A stretch of DNA of 63,711 bases, filler included, from Barthelona sp. PAP020 (lineage: Eukaryota), in assembly GCA_040182905.1 (NCBI GenBank). It is 2 parts of 2 records of this genome, joined end to end, with 100 filler letters (N's around TTAATTAATTAA, not from the genome) between each part and the next. Parts side by side here need not be neighbours in the genome. Positions count along the whole stretch, not along the records: positions 1 to 31,991 come from JARQWU010000105.1; 1 more part is not named here. One strand, written 5' to 3'. The notes under the pieces were generated by a model. The model was not told where the DNA came from and did no database searches. It saw nothing but the letters and a program-made list of their open reading frames with translations. A program made the translations under genes and the position numbers. Shown here one piece after another: positions 9,614 to 20,357 of the stretch (positions within the stretch are counted from its first letter, which is position 1; each line of letters opens with the position of its first letter).

Positions 9614-12600
9614 ATGGTTTCTGCTGCAACAGTAGATAGTTTATATAATATTCTTCACATTGGATATATATTTCTATCGATAATTGGAGTTTGGATATAT
9701 TATCGAACTGATGGAAGACCATTTTATATTTATACACGAGTTGCAGTTGGAAAATCAGTAATACCACATATATTATATATTATTTATTTAATAATTAATT
9801 TTTTTTGGATCATTTTTTGTTCCTACATAAGTTTTTTAAAAGATTCAAATCAATGGATACAATTTATTAAAACTCCAATATCTTTAATGATTTGCACTTT
9901 GGTTTTTCATCATTTTGTATCAATATATATAGAAAAAGGACAACCAAGCTTTGTTGGAAAATTCCTTCGAAGTTCAATTTTTCTATGTTTTTTAGTCATT
10001 TTTCCGATTGAGGCTTTTTTTTCGTCCGAACCACCATTAGCTTATTTAATATGTGGTTATTCAATGGGATGGATGTTAATATTTGAAGCCACTCAAAATC
10101 CTTTTAACATTTCCATGATAAAATTATGGCAGCTTAATAATGTATATGAAGCTTTAGAAAGATCAAATACATTGAAAAAAATATTTGGTTTTGGTGTGCT
10201 TTTTTTGCTTGTGGTTGAAAGCATATTGATACAATTTATTTTTCCTTCTAAAATGCATTTAACAACGGCTCTTATTCTTTGTTCTACATTTGTAAGTGAT
10301 TTGATGATTAGTTTGTATCCTTTTGAATTATCTTTACGAAATTCTATGTTAATTCAATTTTTGGCTGTAATTGTACGAGTTATTACTGTTTTGTTAGCTG
10401 ATTATGATATTGAACTTGCGTTTTTTTGTCCATTAGCCTTTGCATGTTTCAATTCATTTGCTCATCGAATCAATCGTCCTAAAAGTGTATTTTCGTTTGC
10501 TGTAAGATTAGTACAAGCCAAAAATGATTGTACTTTTCGTGTTCCAAGAGCAGCAATTGAAGTTTCTGGATTTTTAGGTAAGATAATTAATTCTTTTGAA
10601 ATGCTTGTTATTGTAATTGTTGGTTATATATTTTTCTTTAGGTATTTTGTGTTAGAAAGAGTGATGGTTGACTTAAATATTTCTTTTGATCGATGGATGA
10701 CCATTGCTGTTATTCTTAGTATAATAGTTGTCTTATTAATTCCTTTGTCACATATACTTTTCTCGTTAAACAAATTTCCAATTAAACAACACAAATTTAT
10801 CACAAAAAAATTGGAGAAACTGAGTCAAAATGGAAATATTGAAGATTTTCATAATGATGAAGATATGGAAGGATTAAGATCCGTAGTAGATGAGGATTGT
10901 TATTCAATGACGTCTGGAAATAGTTTAGAATGGACTGTTGAAAAGGATTTTTCAAATGTTACGACCACTGATGAATTACCGTTATTTTTAAGTAAATATT
11001 TTTTGGCGAAAGATTTACAAATATTAATGGCAGGTTCTTTTTGTGGTTTATTTTCATTTTTCATTATGTTATATGGAAAAAATATAGATCTTTGGAATAT
11101 TTCTTTAATGTTTTTAATTGGCTGTTATTTTTGTATTGGAAGATTAATTTATGTATTGTATACTGTATTGGATTATGAAGTTATCATAAATATGTCAAAT
11201 ACGCCTTTACAAAAATATTTGAATAAATTAAGAGAGAAAATGTTAAAAAAAAAGATATTATGTTTAATTATTGTATTTATTAGTCTAGTTATTGGTTTAT
11301 TAAATGCTAATTCGATTTTTTTTGTCAAGATATTTTATATTTTCTTTTTAATTGATCTATTTATCATAGATATGATAATTTTGTTAAAACATAATCATCA
11401 AATTCCATTTTTGAATACCTTTATAATTTTTTTGGTGATGATTTGTACAAGTACACTTATTATCATTCATTTAAACATTAATAACACATCGTTATTTTTT
11501 AATTCTATAGTAGATTTGATCATATTGACATTTTTTGTGTTTTTTTGTGTAATTTGGATGTTATTATTGAAATTCAAAGACATTTTATTACCAACCTTAT
11601 TATTTGGTTATATGTTATCTTTGTTATGTTTATTGTTCTTTTTTAATAAGTTAGTGTTAGCAAAAATTTTATTTATTCTGCCGATACAGATTTCATTGTT
11701 GATTGTAGTTATTTTTATATTTTCTTCTGAAATGTTACGAGGACTTGAAGCAAGATTTATATTTATGATACGTATTTTACAAAGTGTCATATGTTTAATT
11801 TTCTTTTTCATCCCTTTAGCATTGTATTTTATTATTCCTGAAAATAATGAATTCAATATTGCTAAAGAAATCATTTGTTTAAGTAGTTTAATAATTGTTG
11901 TGTTTTTAATAGTAACAATCTTAATTGGCACTAGAATTCCTTTGAATTTTTTTATTTCATCACATTTTAACATAAAAAATTTTGTTCATAGTCATTTATA
12001 TGGTTTTCCTATTATAATGTATAATAATGAACAAAATCGGAATGAAGATATTTCTAGATCACCAACAATAGCAAATTTTTTGTTATTATCTAGTGTAGGT
12101 ATCTTTATTATATATATTCGATATAGTTATCATTCTATTTGTTTATTAGGTATTACATTATCATTATCATTATATGTATTTTTAGCTAATAGTTATCAAT
12201 ATGCTGCAAGTCGATTATTATTACCTTATTTATCCATTGTTGATAGAGAAATTCTATCAGAAGCATTTAGTATTGCTGAAAAAAGATATCCTGTATTTAA
12301 CATTCCTAAATCATCAACAACAGATGATTCAAGCTCAAATTCTTTATCTACTGTGGAAAAAAGTCTGAATCAAGATAGTCATACCATTAATTCAATGATG
12401 GATAGAACATCTACTTATCAAATCATTTTACAAAAACAAATCTTAATACAATCCAAAATTGATTTGTATAAAAAGTCATTAGTTGATCCTTCTTTAGTAC
12501 CTAATCGTATTGGTAGTCGAAAAAGAATTCATGACTCAAGTAGTTTTGATTCATTAAATGGTGATGATAATAATTCAAGAAAGAATAGTCATTCTCATAT

Positions 12601-15433
12601 GAGTAACAGTAAGAAACAGTTAAATTCTAATATAATATTAAATAGATTGAGGAAACGTTATTGGGATACTATAATTGACAGTAGAAGAACTTATCACACA
12701 GAAGCTTTTCATTTTAGTGAATTCATAACTAATGTTTTATTAGCTGTTTATTCAAAAGAAAGTATTATTTTGAATGAATTGGATGAATTTTTGATGTTAA
12801 ATAAGGATAAGAAATTGTCTTATGAGAAATTGGAAAAATTATCAAAAAGAAAATTTAAAGCATTTGCTGATGAATTCTTTGCATATAGTGATGAAAAACA
12901 TGAACAAATATTAGCAAATATTCAAAAAAATGATGAAAAAAATGATGAAAATATTTTTAAATTTCGTTCAGTTTTTGAAAATGAATTTCACAACTTACCA
13001 CAAAATAATGATTTCAATTTTGCTTCTTCAAGTAATTTATTAGTTAGTACAACGTCATTCGGTTCTCAATTATTTTTATCTCCTACAAAGATCAATTACA
13101 ATACACAGTCTCAAAGAACTAATTCTCAAAGATCGAATTCTCAAAGTAATTTTGATTCAATGATACAAGATAGTCTTTCTTGTATTTCTAGTGGTGATGA
13201 GACAAGTTTTCATGAAATGTACCAACCTGAAGAGATGGTTAACACTATCAATACTATTCCTGAAGAGTATATAACACCGAATCATTCCCCAATCTTAAGT
13301 CAAGATGATATTAGTGAATTTTCATTCAAAGATGGGGATAGTGTTGAAAAGAATAATATTAATAGTCAGAATGAAGACTTAGAAAGGGAAGTAGATGAAG
13401 AAATGGATGATGATGATGCTAGAAACTCAAAGAGAGATAAAAAGAAAATAGATGAAAATGAAAACACAAATAATATTGCTTTAGATTTATCCATTACTAA
13501 AACCAATGAAAAACTGAAAATTAAGAATGAACTAAAACCTGATGTTGTGGATGAACTTTTAAATAATGGAGATTCTGAAATGAATGGTACAGTGTTTGAT
13601 TCAAATGGTAACATACTTCATTCTAATGGTCCTTACAAAAGTAATTCTTTAGAAAGTTTTGAAGCTGAAAATACTCATTTACAAAGTGCCATGATACATG
13701 CAAATGATGATCGAGATAAGAATAAAAAAAAATTAACTGTTGAAGAGGAATCAAATAATATTACGTTGAAGATTAGTAAGATTTTAACCCATTTGCTTTA
13801 TGTATGTGATAATTTATCATATATGACTTCTAGATTAGCGGATTCTGATGTTTTAACTGAAAGTGTTCGACTATTGGTTGAATTTGAAAAGGAAGTTAAA
13901 AATTATACAATTTTTTCTCAACAAAGTATCAATATCAACACATATTTAAAACATAGTCTTCGATATATCGATATTTTTACCAAGATAAAGATTAAAATAA
14001 GTGCTTTAAAAACAAAAATGATGGATTGGGAATGTATGTATAATCATGAAATCAGTCTTCAGTTTGAAGAATTAATGTTTGCATATTGCCATTATTTAAA
14101 GAAGTTTTATCTTGCAGAAGATACAGAAGATAATGAAAATAAATGGAAAGATCCAAATTTTGAAGAAATAATTCCAGATAATACAACATCAAAAAAAATT
14201 AGTTATGTTTCAATATGTGACGATCCTTCGTTTGAATATTCTTTAAAAATGCCTGAAAACCATTCAATTATCTTTGAAAATCATAAGAATGAAGAAACGA
14301 ATCATTTTCTTCATCTATTTGAATTTTTTATGGTTAATTCACCAAAAGATCTTGAAAGTATTGTTGTACATCATAATTCTGAGGTTGGTATTTTCCTATT
14401 AAGATTCTTTGATAGTTCCAGACCATGCTACATTTTCGTTGACTCATATATTCCATTTGTTGATAACCATTATTTGTTACCAAGATTTGTTGAAAAGAAG
14501 GATCTTTTGATTAGTGTTGTTTCCAAAGGAATAGCCAAATTATATGGTAGTTATAATATTGGGGAGTTGAGTATGGATATAATCACTCATTTCCTCACTG
14601 GTAGAAGTCTTCCTAAAACATTTAGTGATATTTCAATTCATTCTCATGCATCTGCTAAACTATGGAATGCAATAAACTCTATTGTACGCAGAGATTCAGG
14701 AAGAATTGCATATTTTTTCGTTGAAAGCTCAGAAGTGGGATTGTTACCCGGATCAATATGGAAAATTAACGATGCCACACGAGTGGACAAAAAGACAAAA
14801 ACGTATAAAATTTTCAACTTATTTCCTTGCAATGAATTGGCAAATGATTCAATGTTAAAATTTTTTGGTGAGTTTGCTCCAAATTCACCTATTTGGTCTC
14901 CTGGTCTTAAAGTTGTTTTAGGAGACCCAAATGACAATAAATTTCTTTGGTTTTCAATGGATGAATTCAGAAAGAATATGGGATCTATCATTCGAACAGT
15001 TTGTTTTGGTGGTATGTTCTCACATCAAGTTCACAATGTTTGGAGAGCTCAAATTCCAATTAACAGTGATAATTTACAAAATCTCCCTTATGCTCCTCAA
15101 TATAACTTACTTGTAATGAAAAAAAATACATTTAAACATGTTGATTTACATATAACTCTCATAATGGAAGATGTTTGTGAGTATGAAATAGGCTTGGCCA
15201 TATTTAGAACTTCTCAAACTCTTCCAATTGCAAATCATCAAAATCTCAGTTTTCTTTGTTCTCAGTTTGGTGAACAGACCAATGTGTTGTATCGTCGATT
15301 TAATTTAAGTGAATTACATCATCATGATCAAGTTGTTGTTTCTCCAATGATTGATTCGACTGTACATCATAACTATAGCATATATGTTTATTCACCTCAA
15401 TTGAATGTTCAGCTTATTTTGGTCTCAGAGTGA
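9614..15433 (+). CDS. Large multi-pass membrane protein with a C-terminal degenerate calpain (CysPc + domain III); DEK1/TML-calpain-like architecture
   Basis: Roughly 20 hydrophobic segments in the first ~860 aa; WKDPNF, GIFLLRFF...IFVDSYIP, KGIAKLYGSY, LTG, SPIWSPGLK...LWFSMDEF resemble calpain CysPc motifs. Confidence 0.75.
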   Translation: MVSAATVDSLYNILHIGYIFLSIIGVWIYYRTDGRPFYIYTRVAVGKSVIPHILYIIYLIINFFWIIFCSYISFLKDSNQWIQFIKTPISLMICTLVFHHFVSIYIEKGQPSFVGKFLRSSIFLCFLVIFPIEAFFSSEPPLAYLICGYSMGWMLIFEATQNPFNISMIKLWQLNNVYEALERSNTLKKIFGFGVLFLLVVESILIQFIFPSKMHLTTALILCSTFVSDLMISLYPFELSLRNSMLIQFLAVIVRVITVLLADYDIELAFFCPLAFACFNSFAHRINRPKSVFSFAVRLVQAKNDCTFRVPRAAIEVSGFLGKIINSFEMLVIVIVGYIFFFRYFVLERVMVDLNISFDRWMTIAVILSIIVVLLIPLSHILFSLNKFPIKQHKFITKKLEKLSQNGNIEDFHNDEDMEGLRSVVDEDCYSMTSGNSLEWTVEKDFSNVTTTDELPLFLSKYFLAKDLQILMAGSFCGLFSFFIMLYGKNIDLWNISLMFLIGCYFCIGRLIYVLYTVLDYEVIINMSNTPLQKYLNKLREKMLKKKILCLIIVFISLVIGLLNANSIFFVKIFYIFFLIDLFIIDMIILLKHNHQIPFLNTFIIFLVMICTSTLIIIHLNINNTSLFFNSIVDLIILTFFVFFCVIWMLLLKFKDILLPTLLFGYMLSLLCLLFFFNKLVLAKILFILPIQISLLIVVIFIFSSEMLRGLEARFIFMIRILQSVICLIFFFIPLALYFIIPENNEFNIAKEIICLSSLIIVVFLIVTILIGTRIPLNFFISSHFNIKNFVHSHLYGFPIIMYNNEQNRNEDISRSPTIANFLLLSSVGIFIIYIRYSYHSICLLGITLSLSLYVFLANSYQYAASRLLLPYLSIVDREILSEAFSIAEKRYPVFNIPKSSTTDDSSSNSLSTVEKSLNQDSHTINSMMDRTSTYQIILQKQILIQSKIDLYKKSLVDPSLVPNRIGSRKRIHDSSSFDSLNGDDNNSRKNSHSHMSNSKKQLNSNIILNRLRKRYWDTIIDSRRTYHTEAFHFSEFITNVLLAVYSKESIILNELDEFLMLNKDKKLSYEKLEKLSKRKFKAFADEFFAYSDEKHEQILANIQKNDEKNDENIFKFRSVFENEFHNLPQNNDFNFASSSNLLVSTTSFGSQLFLSPTKINYNTQSQRTNSQRSNSQSNFDSMIQDSLSCISSGDETSFHEMYQPEEMVNTINTIPEEYITPNHSPILSQDDISEFSFKDGDSVEKNNINSQNEDLEREVDEEMDDDDARNSKRDKKKIDENENTNNIALDLSITKTNEKLKIKNELKPDVVDELLNNGDSEMNGTVFDSNGNILHSNGPYKSNSLESFEAENTHLQSAMIHANDDRDKNKKKLTVEEESNNITLKISKILTHLLYVCDNLSYMTSRLADSDVLTESVRLLVEFEKEVKNYTIFSQQSININTYLKHSLRYIDIFTKIKIKISALKTKMMDWECMYNHEISLQFEELMFAYCHYLKKFYLAEDTEDNENKWKDPNFEEIIPDNTTSKKISYVSICDDPSFEYSLKMPENHSIIFENHKNEETNHFLHLFEFFMVNSPKDLESIVVHHNSEVGIFLLRFFDSSRPCYIFVDSYIPFVDNHYLLPRFVEKKDLLISVVSKGIAKLYGSYNIGELSMDIITHFLTGRSLPKTFSDISIHSHASAKLWNAINSIVRRDSGRIAYFFVESSEVGLLPGSIWKINDATRVDKKTKTYKIFNLFPCNELANDSMLKFFGEFAPNSPIWSPGLKVVLGDPNDNKFLWFSMDEFRKNMGSIIRTVCFGGMFSHQVHNVWRAQIPINSDNLQNLPYAPQYNLLVMKKNTFKHVDLHITLIMEDVCEYEIGLAIFRTSQTLPIANHQNLSFLCSQFGEQTNVLYRRFNLSELHHHDQVVVSPMIDSTVHHNYSIYVYSPQLNVQLILVSE

Positions 15434-15655
15434 GAAAGTAAAATATAATTTAAACAAAAAGAATCATGAGAGAAACGTTTTCCATAATTTTTTTTATTTC
15501 TCATAAATTCAAGTGCTCTTTTTTTTTTCTTTCATGTCTTTTATTTTCAAATTGTTATTTTATGATAAAATATTATGAATATTTTTCAATAAATGTCATT
15601 GTTTGTTAAGAGGGAAATAAATGAAAGAATAGTTTTCTTTTTTCGTTTTTAAGAC

Positions 15656-18637
15656 ATGCCTTCTTATCTTTCATACGAAATATCAAAAACTGTGGGTATT
15701 TTATGTTCCCAAGAACAAGGTATTGTTCATTCAGATGAAAAGAATATTGTATTTTTACCAGCTTTAAATACAGTTAATGTTTTTGATTATAGTACGGGTA
15801 ATATTATAGAAACTATCTCAAAACCCATTGACTCAAAAGTGACAAGTTTATCATATGATTCGAATAAAAAATTTTTATTTATTGGTTGTGAGAGTGGAAA
15901 CATTTTTGTTTTTTCCATTGAAAACAATCAACCTTCTAGTCTTTACACATTGAGTGGTCATACTTCTGCCATTACAAAAATTTATATTCATGAAGATTAT
16001 GTTTTTTCTTCTTCTAATGATAATACGATAGTTAATTGGGATATTGATACCTGTAAAGGTATTTCTAGATTCATAGGACATACCAACATTGTTACAGATC
16101 TTTGTTTGTTCAGTCAATATAAAAATGGAGTATGTTTTGACTATTTAGTTAGTTCTTCAAAAGATGGCACAATTAGAGTATGGTCCATATTAAATAAATG
16201 TTGTGTTCAAACTATTGTTGATTGTAGAAACGAAGTATATGCAATTTGTCTTTTAAAATCTCAAATCGGACAATTGTTAGTTGCTGGTGGGGTTAACGAT
16301 TTCTTAACTCTTTTTATTATCAATGAATTTCCTGAAGAAGTTGAATTAGAAAGAAGTAGATCTATTGGAGATGTTCCTGTTGAAATCGATGGTATATCGG
16401 CTATTCCTTGGGCTCAGAGAGATCCCAGTTTACAAATCAATGAATTTGAATTTTTATCCTTTTTTGGGGAAGTTTCAAGAGTATATCGAAAAAACTGTCG
16501 CGTAACTCAATTATTAGTAACACCTGACAATCAATATGTTGTTATTGTGTCAAAATCTGAACATATAGAGGTCTTTAAGTTAAACACAGATAAGGGAGCA
16601 AAATGGAGAAAAAAATGGATGAAGCAGAAGGCAAAAAAGAAATTAAAAAAGCAGAAATTGTTTGACACTGAATCAACTTCTGCTGAAACTGATGAAACTG
16701 ATGAAACTAACGACCAGTTGGAAGTTAAATTAGAAGCTAAAGATTACCTTCGTTGGGATGCTGTTTATTGGATGCACGCCAAATCTTTAGAAATGAAAGA
16801 TGAAAATGATGATGATGATGAAGAAGAAGAAGAAAAGATTATTGGTCAACGGTGTTGTTCAATATGTGTTTCATCTGAACAATATTACAATTCAGCTGGT
16901 GAATATATTCCACTTGTGGCACAGATGGACAATTCTATTGCAGTTATTCAAGTTTATTCCGGCAATAACAACATTGATGATCGCAAGGAGAAATCTTCCA
17001 AAAAAAGAGCTGCTCATTTGGCATTTTCCTATGGTCATCGGACTCCAATTTATGGAACAAGCTTTTCAGATGATTCGGTATTGTTAGCATCAGCTGCTGA
17101 GGATGGTGTTCTTATTTGGGTTGTAGAAACTGGTGTACTTGTTGGATCCATCCCTATTTACAATTGTTTGAATGCACTTTTTATTCCAGGTGGCAGATAT
17201 GTTGTGGTAACAACTAAATCAGGGCTTGTTGCACTTGTCAATGTTCATTCTGGTGAAATTGTATCTGAAGTTCAATTAAAAGGACAACTGTTTGGTTTGG
17301 CACTTTCACCGGATGGGTCTGAAATTATCGTAGGTGGTTCTGATAAAACTGTCACCTTCATTGATTTAGACCTTGAAATTATTGACCGTAAAAAGAAAGT
17401 TGTCTTGAATCCCATCAGAGAAATGGAAGTTCCAGATGAAATCAGATGTTTAAAATATTCTCCAAATGGGCGTTTTATTTTGATTGGTTTGTTGGATAAT
17501 TCAGTACGTATTTTTTTTGGAGATTCTTTGAAGTTCTACTTATCATTGTACGGACATGCTTTACCAGTTGTTGATATTGATGTTTCTTATGATAATCATT
17601 TGATAGTTACTGCGTCTGCTGACAGAACTATAAAAATATGGGGTCTTGATTTTGGTGATTGTCATCGTTCTTTGCGTGGACATACTAGTCGTATAACTGG
17701 TGTTGCGTTTGTTCCTGAAACTCATCAATTTATAAGCAGTTCTGGTGATGGAATCATCAAATATTGGGATGCTGATAAATTTTGGTGTGTAATGACATTC
17801 CAAGAACATTTTGGAGTAATAAACACTTTGAGTATTTCAAAAGATAGTCATTATTTTGTTTCTGTTGGACATGATCACGCTATTAAGATTTTTGAAAGAA
17901 CAGAAGAACCAGTCTTTTTAGAAGATGAAGAAAGGGAAGAATTTGAGAGACAAGTTCAAAATCAATTGGTTGAACAAAACAGAAAATTGACAGCTGGCAA
18001 TGTTATTGTCGAAACTGAAGAGAAATTAATTGCTCAAGCAAATGTTGAGAGTTTAAAAGGCGTTGAAAGAATAATTAGAGCTTTAGACATTGCTGAAACA
18101 ACGCTCTCTGAATGGGAATTATTTGTGGCTGCCGTTGAACATGCTAAACTGAATGATTTTCCTGTTGACCAGATTGAGAAACCTCTGCCCAATATAAAAC
18201 TGTTGGGAATGTCTCCCAGAAAGTTTGTTATCAGGGAATTGAAAAGATTACCTCCAAGTCAAATGGAAACTGTGATTAGTCTATTGCCTTGGAGTAGAAT
18301 TTTAGTGTTGTTGGATTTTCTCGCAGGGGAATTGGCAGATGCTAATAGCGATCTTCAAACCTTAGGTAATGCAGCAATTTTTATTTTGAAATTGCATTTC
18401 CAGCGTTTAATTTCCTCTTCTGAAACAACTCCTTTGGTTTTGGCTTTGGCTGATCTTCCTGTTGTCGTTGATGAATTACAAAAGTTGGTTTTTGAGAATA
18501 TTGCTGGATTGACATGCTTGAGCAACATGATAGAAGCTCGATCCAATCATGCTTTTTGGGATTTAACTGAGATAAAAAAACAATTAATTGATGAAAAGTC
18601 AAAGAGAAATGCCAGATATAAAAAAAACAACAGCTGA
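15656..18637 (+). CDS. WDR3: WDR3/Utp12/Dip2, SSU processome WD40 protein
   Basis: Two WD40 propellers; FYLSLYGHALPV, SADRTIKIWGLDFGDCHRSL, FLEDEERE and a Utp12-type C-terminus. Confidence 0.93.
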   Translation: MPSYLSYEISKTVGILCSQEQGIVHSDEKNIVFLPALNTVNVFDYSTGNIIETISKPIDSKVTSLSYDSNKKFLFIGCESGNIFVFSIENNQPSSLYTLSGHTSAITKIYIHEDYVFSSSNDNTIVNWDIDTCKGISRFIGHTNIVTDLCLFSQYKNGVCFDYLVSSSKDGTIRVWSILNKCCVQTIVDCRNEVYAICLLKSQIGQLLVAGGVNDFLTLFIINEFPEEVELERSRSIGDVPVEIDGISAIPWAQRDPSLQINEFEFLSFFGEVSRVYRKNCRVTQLLVTPDNQYVVIVSKSEHIEVFKLNTDKGAKWRKKWMKQKAKKKLKKQKLFDTESTSAETDETDETNDQLEVKLEAKDYLRWDAVYWMHAKSLEMKDENDDDDEEEEEKIIGQRCCSICVSSEQYYNSAGEYIPLVAQMDNSIAVIQVYSGNNNIDDRKEKSSKKRAAHLAFSYGHRTPIYGTSFSDDSVLLASAAEDGVLIWVVETGVLVGSIPIYNCLNALFIPGGRYVVVTTKSGLVALVNVHSGEIVSEVQLKGQLFGLALSPDGSEIIVGGSDKTVTFIDLDLEIIDRKKKVVLNPIREMEVPDEIRCLKYSPNGRFILIGLLDNSVRIFFGDSLKFYLSLYGHALPVVDIDVSYDNHLIVTASADRTIKIWGLDFGDCHRSLRGHTSRITGVAFVPETHQFISSSGDGIIKYWDADKFWCVMTFQEHFGVINTLSISKDSHYFVSVGHDHAIKIFERTEEPVFLEDEEREEFERQVQNQLVEQNRKLTAGNVIVETEEKLIAQANVESLKGVERIIRALDIAETTLSEWELFVAAVEHAKLNDFPVDQIEKPLPNIKLLGMSPRKFVIRELKRLPPSQMETVISLLPWSRILVLLDFLAGELADANSDLQTLGNAAIFILKLHFQRLISSSETTPLVLALADLPVVVDELQKLVFENIAGLTCLSNMIEARSNHAFWDLTEIKKQLIDEKSKRNARYKKNNS

Positions 18638-19181
18638 ATAGCGTTAGCAGTGTGCAATAAAGTTAAATTAATTTTTTCTTCTTTCCAATGTTCTGTCGAT
18701 CATTTGGGACAAGCAAAACTTTCGTTTTGGAGGATGAGTGAAAATATTAAAATATTAAAAAAGACTCATATTTAACGCGAAACTTGAAAAGGATTATAGA
18801 ACAAAGAATAAATTTCAGTACTTGCTCTAAATATGTACGAACGGATATGGAATAATGCTATTTGTGGTCAAATAGTTTTGAAGGGATAAATATTTGGCAA
18901 CAATTCCGAATTTTCAATAAAAGGCGGTTAATACTTAAGATAATAACAATCAGTTGATAATCAAACGTTTTTAGTAAATTTTTATGTTTTTGGGAAAGCT
19001 TATGCCTATTTGGGATAGTGATTGGTTGATATAATATATATTTTTTTTTTGTTGACTTTTTGTATTAAAAATTTGAATTTCTTCCTGAAGAATTGTTTTA
19101 ACAAGAAAAATTAGTTCTTCATCAATGAAATGAAAAGATTTTGTTCATTCAAAAAAGAAAGATTCCATTTCTCAAACAAAT

Positions 19182-19495
19182 AATTATTTCCAAGCCAAGA
19201 AGCACTGTGCGTATGAGTGAATAAAAAAGAATAGTGTTTATTTGGTTAAAGGCTTTCGAGGCCCGATTGATCTGTTGAAAAACTTTAGATTTTCTAAGAT
19301 AAAGTTTAAACTTTAAAATTTTGCTTTTGCAAAAATACAAAAAAATAGGAATGGAAAATTTTTCCAAAATTTTCATACTTGATGAGCAAGATTCAATTGC
19401 AGCCACTCATTTTCTGTGGCTGAGATTTAATGAAATGAGTTTTCTCTGATTACTTTTTCTTTGTAAATAAATATAGTTGTTTCACAACTTGACCA
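19182..19495 (-). repeat. ~320-bp repeat, copy 3 (mirror of copy 1)
   Basis: Reverse complement of 1638-1960. Confidence 0.9.
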
Positions 19496-19695
19496 AGATT
19501 TGAAAATACTCTACATACCAAACACCAATTCAATCTAAAATTTTAAACCAATAAATATAATTCTTATTGTATTAATTCATTATTTATTTATTTATTTATT
19601 TATTTTTTTTTAAATAACCACAATCAAAGAATAGTGGATTTGACTTCTAACATGACCTTTTGGGCTGTTCCTGCTCCAAAGGATATTTGTAGTTT

Positions 19696-20035
19696 TGGTT
19701 CAATTGTGAATAACTCCATTGCATTACAAAGAAAGTAAACTCAAAAATTCATTCTTGCAAATTTTAGTCAAAATCACAGGGGTAAGGAGCAGCAGAAGGA
19801 GGTGTGAGGGAATCAAATTCACTTTTGACGTTAACCTGTAAAAATTTCTGAGAAAATTTCCCTTCCTGTCTTCTTGTATCTTTTCAAAAAAACAAAGATT
19901 TGAGTTATAACCACTTTGGAAAATCTACAATCCTTCAACAACTCAATCGGACCTTAAAAATCATTAACTAAATAACAAACCAATATTTTTCTTTATTCTC
20001 TCAAACACATAGTGTTTTTACACTGAAAAATGATT
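19696..20035 (+). repeat. ~320-bp repeat, copy 4 (diverged)
   Basis: TACAAAGAAAGTAAACTCA.AAA.TCATTCT.GCAAATTT, GAAAATCTA and TTTATTC.CTCA.AC.CA.AGTG blocks are colinear with copy 1. Confidence 0.8.
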
Positions 20036-20357
20036 AACATGATGAACCTAATGCAAGTAATTTCTGTTTAATAAGCCTAATTTATCTTCTTTCAATCTCA
20101 ATGTTGTGTCTCCACTTTAAAGTTCTTGTGTTCACACATCTGTTTCCCTCATCAAATTAACTCATCTAAGCACGTGTTTTCATCTTTTGTCTAACCATAT
20201 AAGGATCCCCTGCACTACTCTATAACATTCTCCATTTCAAAACAATAATCAAAACATTATAACAAATACTAACAACTTTACTTACAACAACAAAACACAA
20301 CAAACAACAAAAACAAAACTACAAACACCGAGGGCACAAACTGGAGAATTGCTTCAA

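Noticed and set aside
19581..19603. (TATT)n microsatellite and nearby CA-rich tracts (20284-20326, 23842-23866)
   Set aside because: Ordinary low-complexity sequence in AT-rich spacers or 3' UTRs
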